64,000 bases of DNA from Octopus sinensis. Its lineage: Eukaryota. This document shows, piece by piece, positions 59,804 to 64,000 of this stretch. The stretch covers positions 2,294,001 through 2,358,000 of the forward strand of contig NC_043024.1 of the NCBI RefSeq assembly GCF_006345805.1, in the 5' to 3' direction. The translations under genes and the position numbers were made by a program. The notes under the pieces are model-generated. The model saw only the letters and a list, made by a program, of their open reading frames with translations. It did no database searches and was not told where the DNA came from. How positions within the stretch are numbered: position 1 is the first letter of the stretch; every line of letters starts with the position of its first letter.

Positions 59804-59929
59804 TTAAATATACACACGTATTAGAATTTTCTCTGATTTTTCAGATTTTTGTATGCTAGGCTACTGGTTTTAAATTGATATTAATTAAATTAACATTCAA
59901 TTTATCTCCCTCATTATTTAAATTATATA

Positions 59930-60340
59930 TACTCTTACTCTTTTACTTCTTTCAGTCATTTGACTGCGGCTATGCTGGAGCACTGCCTTTAGTCGAGCAA
60001 ATCGACCCCGGGACTTATTCTTTGTAAGCCCAGTACTTATTTTATCGGTCTCTTTTGCCGAACCGCTAAGTGACGGGGACGTAAACACACCAGCATCGGT
60101 TGTCAAGCAATGCTAGGGGGACAAACACAGACACACAAACATATACACACACACATATATATATACATATATACGACAGGCTTCTTTCAGTTTCCGTCTA
60201 CCAAATCCACTCACAAGGCATTGGTCGGCCCGGGGCTATAGCAGAAGACACTTGCCCAAGATGCCACGCAGTGGGACTGAACCCGGAACCATGTGGTTGG
60301 TTAGCAAGTTACTTACCACACAGCCACTCCTGTGCCTATA
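59930..60340 (-). mobile_element. Family A SINE
   Basis: Full-length reverse copy. Confidence 0.87.
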
Positions 60341-60386
60341 TATACATATTTATACACACACACACACATATATATATACATACATA

Positions 60387-60593
60387 CACGAGAGAGTGCT
60401 GAGAAGTTCCTGGCTTTGGGTAAAAGAAAATACAGGAGGATCAGTTAATTATGGTTTTATCTAACATAACCCTAACCCTAACCCTAACCCCTCTCAGATT
60501 CACTTATTGCAACAGTCCTTCAGTTTTTCTAAGCCCTCTAAAAGAACTCAGAAGGTATCTTCAAAGCAAGGAACTTTTCAGCACTTCCTCACA
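60387..60593. mobile_element. mariner-type MITE containing (TAACCC)4
   Basis: Same family as 58902-59120; 60467-60490 is four telomere-type repeats. Confidence 0.8.
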
Positions 60594-61134
60594 TACACTG
60601 GCAAATATAGTACTTTACACAATAATATCAGAATTATTTCCCAAAAACAAGATTTTGCAACAGTTCAGTTTTTTGACTTTATAAAGATTACAACACCTTA
60701 TACGCAGTTTGAGGGTTGCTTTTAACCTTGTCACACCAGATTCCTACTATTGCAGGAAATAGGTCAAATGTCATCTCTTTCAGATTTCCAGTAACACGTT
60801 AATGAACAACACACAGAGAAAAAAAAATGCAGCAGATTCCGTCCGTTAGTTTTGCCTGCAATTGTTATTATTGAGCTGTATATGCAAATATTTTAATCCA
60901 TCTTACCATTCTTTCTTGGGATATTCTAATCACATGTCTGTAGTTATTGCTAAATTACTTCTGGATACAAAAGATTTTTCCACAAATATCACATTGATAG
61001 GGCTTCCCTCCAGTGCCACTACATATGTACATAAGCATTATTACACAATAAATGTTTGACCCTTTTTTTTACCATCTTTCTCTTGAAATACAGTCTTAGA
61101 TTCTTCTTCAGTGTATATTCATTTAGCAACCACA

Positions 61135-61327
61135 TGCAGGTGGCACGTAAAAAGCACCCACTACACTCTCGGAGTGGTTGGCGTTAGGAAGGGCATACAG
61201 CTGTAGAAACTCTGCCAGATCAAGACTGGAGCCTGGTGCAGCCATCTGATTCGCCAGACCTCAGTCAAGCCATCCAACCCATGCCAGCATGGAAAACGGA
61301 CGTTAAACAACGATGATGATGATGATG
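61135..61327 (+). mobile_element. Family D retroposon
   Basis: Conserved 3' block plus ATG tail. Confidence 0.85.
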
Positions 61328-62111
61328 AATTTAGGGTTTCCCAGAGTTTAGTGAAATATTTTGTTCTCAAAATAGTACACTATGTGATGAGAATGGTTTC
61401 CCACAGAATTCACCACAAAAATGTCTCTAGCATCTAGTGGTTGGTGGACGATAAATTTAGATTTGCAAGACAAGGATCTCTGATTTTTTTTCTTTCGAAA
61501 TGCTTTCCTTTGCTGTGCATTTCTTTGGGTCTTTTTAAGTGACCAGTAGCAATAAATGATTTCTCATATTTTACAATGGAATGGTTTTTTTTTCTCCAGA
61601 GTATTCTTTTGCATATTGCCAAATTTGTTTTAGATTGAAAGATTTCCAACATATTTAACACTGAATGGATTTTTCTCTTGGGTGCAAGTGCCACATTTCA
61701 AAGCACATGTGCTGGTGCCACGTTAAAAGGACTGGTGCTGGTGCCACGTTAAAAGGACTCGTGCTGGTGCCATGTTAAAAGCACCAGTGTTGATGCCATG
61801 TAAAGGCACTGGTGTTAATTCCACATTAGAAGCATTGGTGCCATGTAAAACCGTAGAGCTGGTGTGACATAAAAAGTACTGGTGATGGTACCTGCATAAA
61901 AAGCACCCAGTTCACTCTGTAAAGTGATTGGCATCATGAAGGGCATCCAACGGTAGAAGCCAACCAAAAAAACAGACAATGGAATCTGGTGTGGCCCCTG
62001 ACCTTACCAGATCCTGTCGGGCCATCCAACCCATGCCAGGATGGAAAACAGACATTAAATGATGATGCAGATGATGTACACATGTGTCAGTTATGTTTCT
62101 TTTTTGGGTGA

Positions 62112-62500
62112 GGGCAGTGAGCTGGCAGAAATGTTAGCACGCCGGGCAAAATGCGTAGCTGTATTTCGTCTGCCGCTACGTTCTGAGTTCAAATTCCGCC
62201 GAGGTTGACTTTGCTTTTCATCCTTTCGGGGTTGAAAAATTAAGTACCAGTTACGCACTGGGGCCGATATAATTGACTTAATCCGTTTGTCTGTCCTTGT
62301 TTGTCCCCTCTGTGTTTAGCCCGTGGTGGGTAGTAAAGAAATAGGTATTTCGTCTGGTTTTACGTTCTGTGTTCAAATTCCGCCGAGGTCGACTTTACCT
62401 TTCATCCTTTCGGGGTCAATAAATTATGTACCAGTTACGCACTGAGGTCGATGTAATCGACTTAATCCGTTTGTCTGTCCTTGTGGGTAGTAAAGAAATA
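62112..62500 (+). mobile_element. Family B SINE, two modules
   Basis: Head GGCAGTGAGCTGGCAGAAATG. Confidence 0.85.
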
Positions 62501-62626
62501 TATGTTTCTTTTTTGGAGGCAGTCATGACATGCAATTTCCCTTTCGAGACAAAAGATTTCACAGTGGAGGAATTTTTATGTAATTAATTACACAAATGGA
62601 AGGAAGATTCCTGCTATATTTCATAA

Positions 62627-63682
62627 TCAAACTTTTTCCCCCGTGTGTATTCGTTTGTGAACAACAAGACTAGAATTCTGTCTGAAAGATTTGCCACATA
62701 TTTCACAATGGAAAGGTTTCTCTCCCGTATGAATCCGTTTATGAGTTGTTAAATCACTGTTGGACACAAAAGATTTCCCACAGGTCTCACAACGAAAAGG
62801 CTTTTCTCCCGTATGCATTCTTCTGTGAACCGCCAGATGGGAATTTTGGGTGAAAGATTTCCCACAGATTTCACAGTGAAAAGGTTTCTCCCCGGTGTGA
62901 GTTCGTTTATGAGTTGTTAAGTTACTACTGTCAAGAAACGATTCCCCGCAAATGTCACACTGAAAAGGGTTTTCTCCCGTATGCGTCCGGTTGTGTTTCG
63001 TTAATTCGCCGTTAGTGACGAACGATTTACCGCAGATTTCACAGTGAAACAGTTTCTCGCCAGAATGCCGTCGCTTGTGAATCGCCAAATTACTCCTGGA
63101 AACGAAGGATTTTTCACAAATATCACAATGATAGGGTTTCTCTCCCGTATGACTCCGTATGTGGATCAGAAGATTCGGATTTCGAACGAAGGACTCCCCA
63201 CATATTTCGCACCGAAACGGTTTGATTCCCGAATGGATCTTCATGTGTCTTCTCAACACAAGACCGCTGACGAAGGTCTTGTCACAGGTTTGACAATGGA
63301 ACGGTTTCTCTCCGGTATGACTACGCACATGGATGACAAGCTCCGCATTCTGAAAGAAAGATTTCTCGCAGATCTGACACTGGAACGGTTTATCGCAGAC
63401 GTGGATTTTCTTGTGCCTCGTTAACTTAATCTTGGAGACGAACGATTTCTTACACATTTCACACTCGAGCAGGTTCCCCTTCTTCTGGTGCGTGTCTCTG
63501 TGCGCCAATAACTTCTGCTCCGAAGAGAATGGTTTCTTACATATTCCACAACTATATTCAGCAATATTCTTACGTGTAGATCTTTGTTTAGTAAATCTTT
63601 CTTTACATAAAGGTTCCTTACCATTCTTCTGTGACTCTTTTACAGAACCAGCATCGTTCTTCAGGGGATTAACGCGATCCAT
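62627..63682 (-). CDS. C2H2 zinc-finger protein ZNF-7 (11 fingers, subfamily II; likely 351 aa from MDRVNP)
   Basis: Start context ATTAACATGGA shared with ZNF-3 and ZNF-6 places the ATG at 63682, not 63724; ends TGEKV*. Confidence 0.9.
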   Translation of the reverse strand: MDRVNPLKNDAGSVKESQKNGKEPLCKERFTKQRSTRKNIAEYSCGICKKPFSSEQKLLAHRDTHQKKGNLLECEMCKKSFVSKIKLTRHKKIHVCDKPFQCQICEKSFFQNAELVIHVRSHTGEKPFHCQTCDKTFVSGLVLRRHMKIHSGIKPFRCEICGESFVRNPNLLIHIRSHTGEKPYHCDICEKSFVSRSNLAIHKRRHSGEKLFHCEICGKSFVTNGELTKHNRTHTGENPFQCDICGESFLDSSNLTTHKRTHTGEKPFHCEICGKSFTQNSHLAVHRRMHTGEKPFRCETCGKSFVSNSDLTTHKRIHTGEKPFHCEICGKSFRQNSSLVVHKRIHTGEKV

Positions 63683-63796
63683 GTTAATCCAAACCGGATT
63701 ATCTAAACGTGGTAGAAATGTCAATTACTATAATCTCTTATGTGTCAGTTTCATGTCTCAGTTGCTGTGCTTTAGTTGTTTATTAATTATAATTAC

Positions 63797-63883
63797 ATTA
63801 ATTAAGGTTCCAAGTCAACGGTGTTGTTCCAAATATTTTCCTTTTGTCAGCGACACCGGTGTCATAAATAAAAGTTCCCTAAC
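63797..63883 (-). promoter_or_regulatory. Conserved upstream element of subfamily II (ZNF-7 copy)
   Basis: Minus strand GTTAGGGA..CACCGGTG..AAAGGAAAA..AACAACACCG..CTTGG..TAATTAAT. Confidence 0.6.
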
Positions 63884-63965
63884 ATAATTTAACACCTTCA
63901 GAATCATCTTCAATATTATCAATTTGCTCTGTCCCACTATATCCAATATAGATTTTAAAAAAAAC

Positions 63966-64000
63966 GGTACTACTAGCGAACAGTGGTCCCGGTGCACGCG
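63966..64000. mobile_element. GGTAC-terminal MITE, copy 3, cut by window edge
   Basis: GGTACTACTAGCGAACAGTGGTCCCGGTGC is the reverse complement of the right end of 27304-27535. Confidence 0.8.

Larger units (their letters stand above)
60930..62620 (-). pseudogene. Fossil zinc-finger array 3' of ZNF-7, fragmented by SINEs
   Basis: Minus-strand remnants FHCEI/FVSKGKL (~62540-62570), QSKTNLAICKRI..EKSFIATGHLKRPKEMHSKGKHF (61434-61660), [23 protein letters not shown] (~60950-61015). Confidence 0.75.

Noticed and set aside
63683-63724. N-terminal extension MTFLPRLDNPVWIN of ZNF-7
   Set aside because: Spans a likely acceptor (TTTAG), and paralogs start at the TTAACATGGA context.

Overview
Repeat-rich, AT-rich animal genomic DNA. 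The SINE/MITE repertoire and the tandem C2H2 zinc-finger genes suggest a coleoid cephalopod, probably Octopus (inference). (1) 5.7-11.5 kb, minus strand: six GT-AG exons, absent from the ORF track as such, splice in frame into the C-terminal ~209 aa of a glutamate-cysteine ligase catalytic-subunit-like (GCLC-like) protein with a diverged active-site motif. Its 5' exons were not found beyond the 100-N gap at 11916-12015. Its putative 3' UTR holds two tandem minimal hammerhead-ribozyme-like motifs in the sense orientation. (2) 22-64 kb: seven single-coding-exon C2H2 zinc-finger genes (7-17 fingers) in two interleaved subfamilies. Each subfamily has its own conserved non-coding upstream module, and most genes have decayed 'fossil' fingers behind the stop codon. 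(3) The rest is tRNA-derived SINEs, an (ATG)n-tailed RTE-type retroposon, LINE fragments (RTE, CR1), a Tc1 relic, MITEs (hAT, piggyBac, Tc1/mariner, Kolobok-like, Merlin-like), Helitrons, microsatellites and a 34x31-bp minisatellite that arose inside a hAT MITE. All calls were made by eye; no database searches were run, and family labels A-D are local names.
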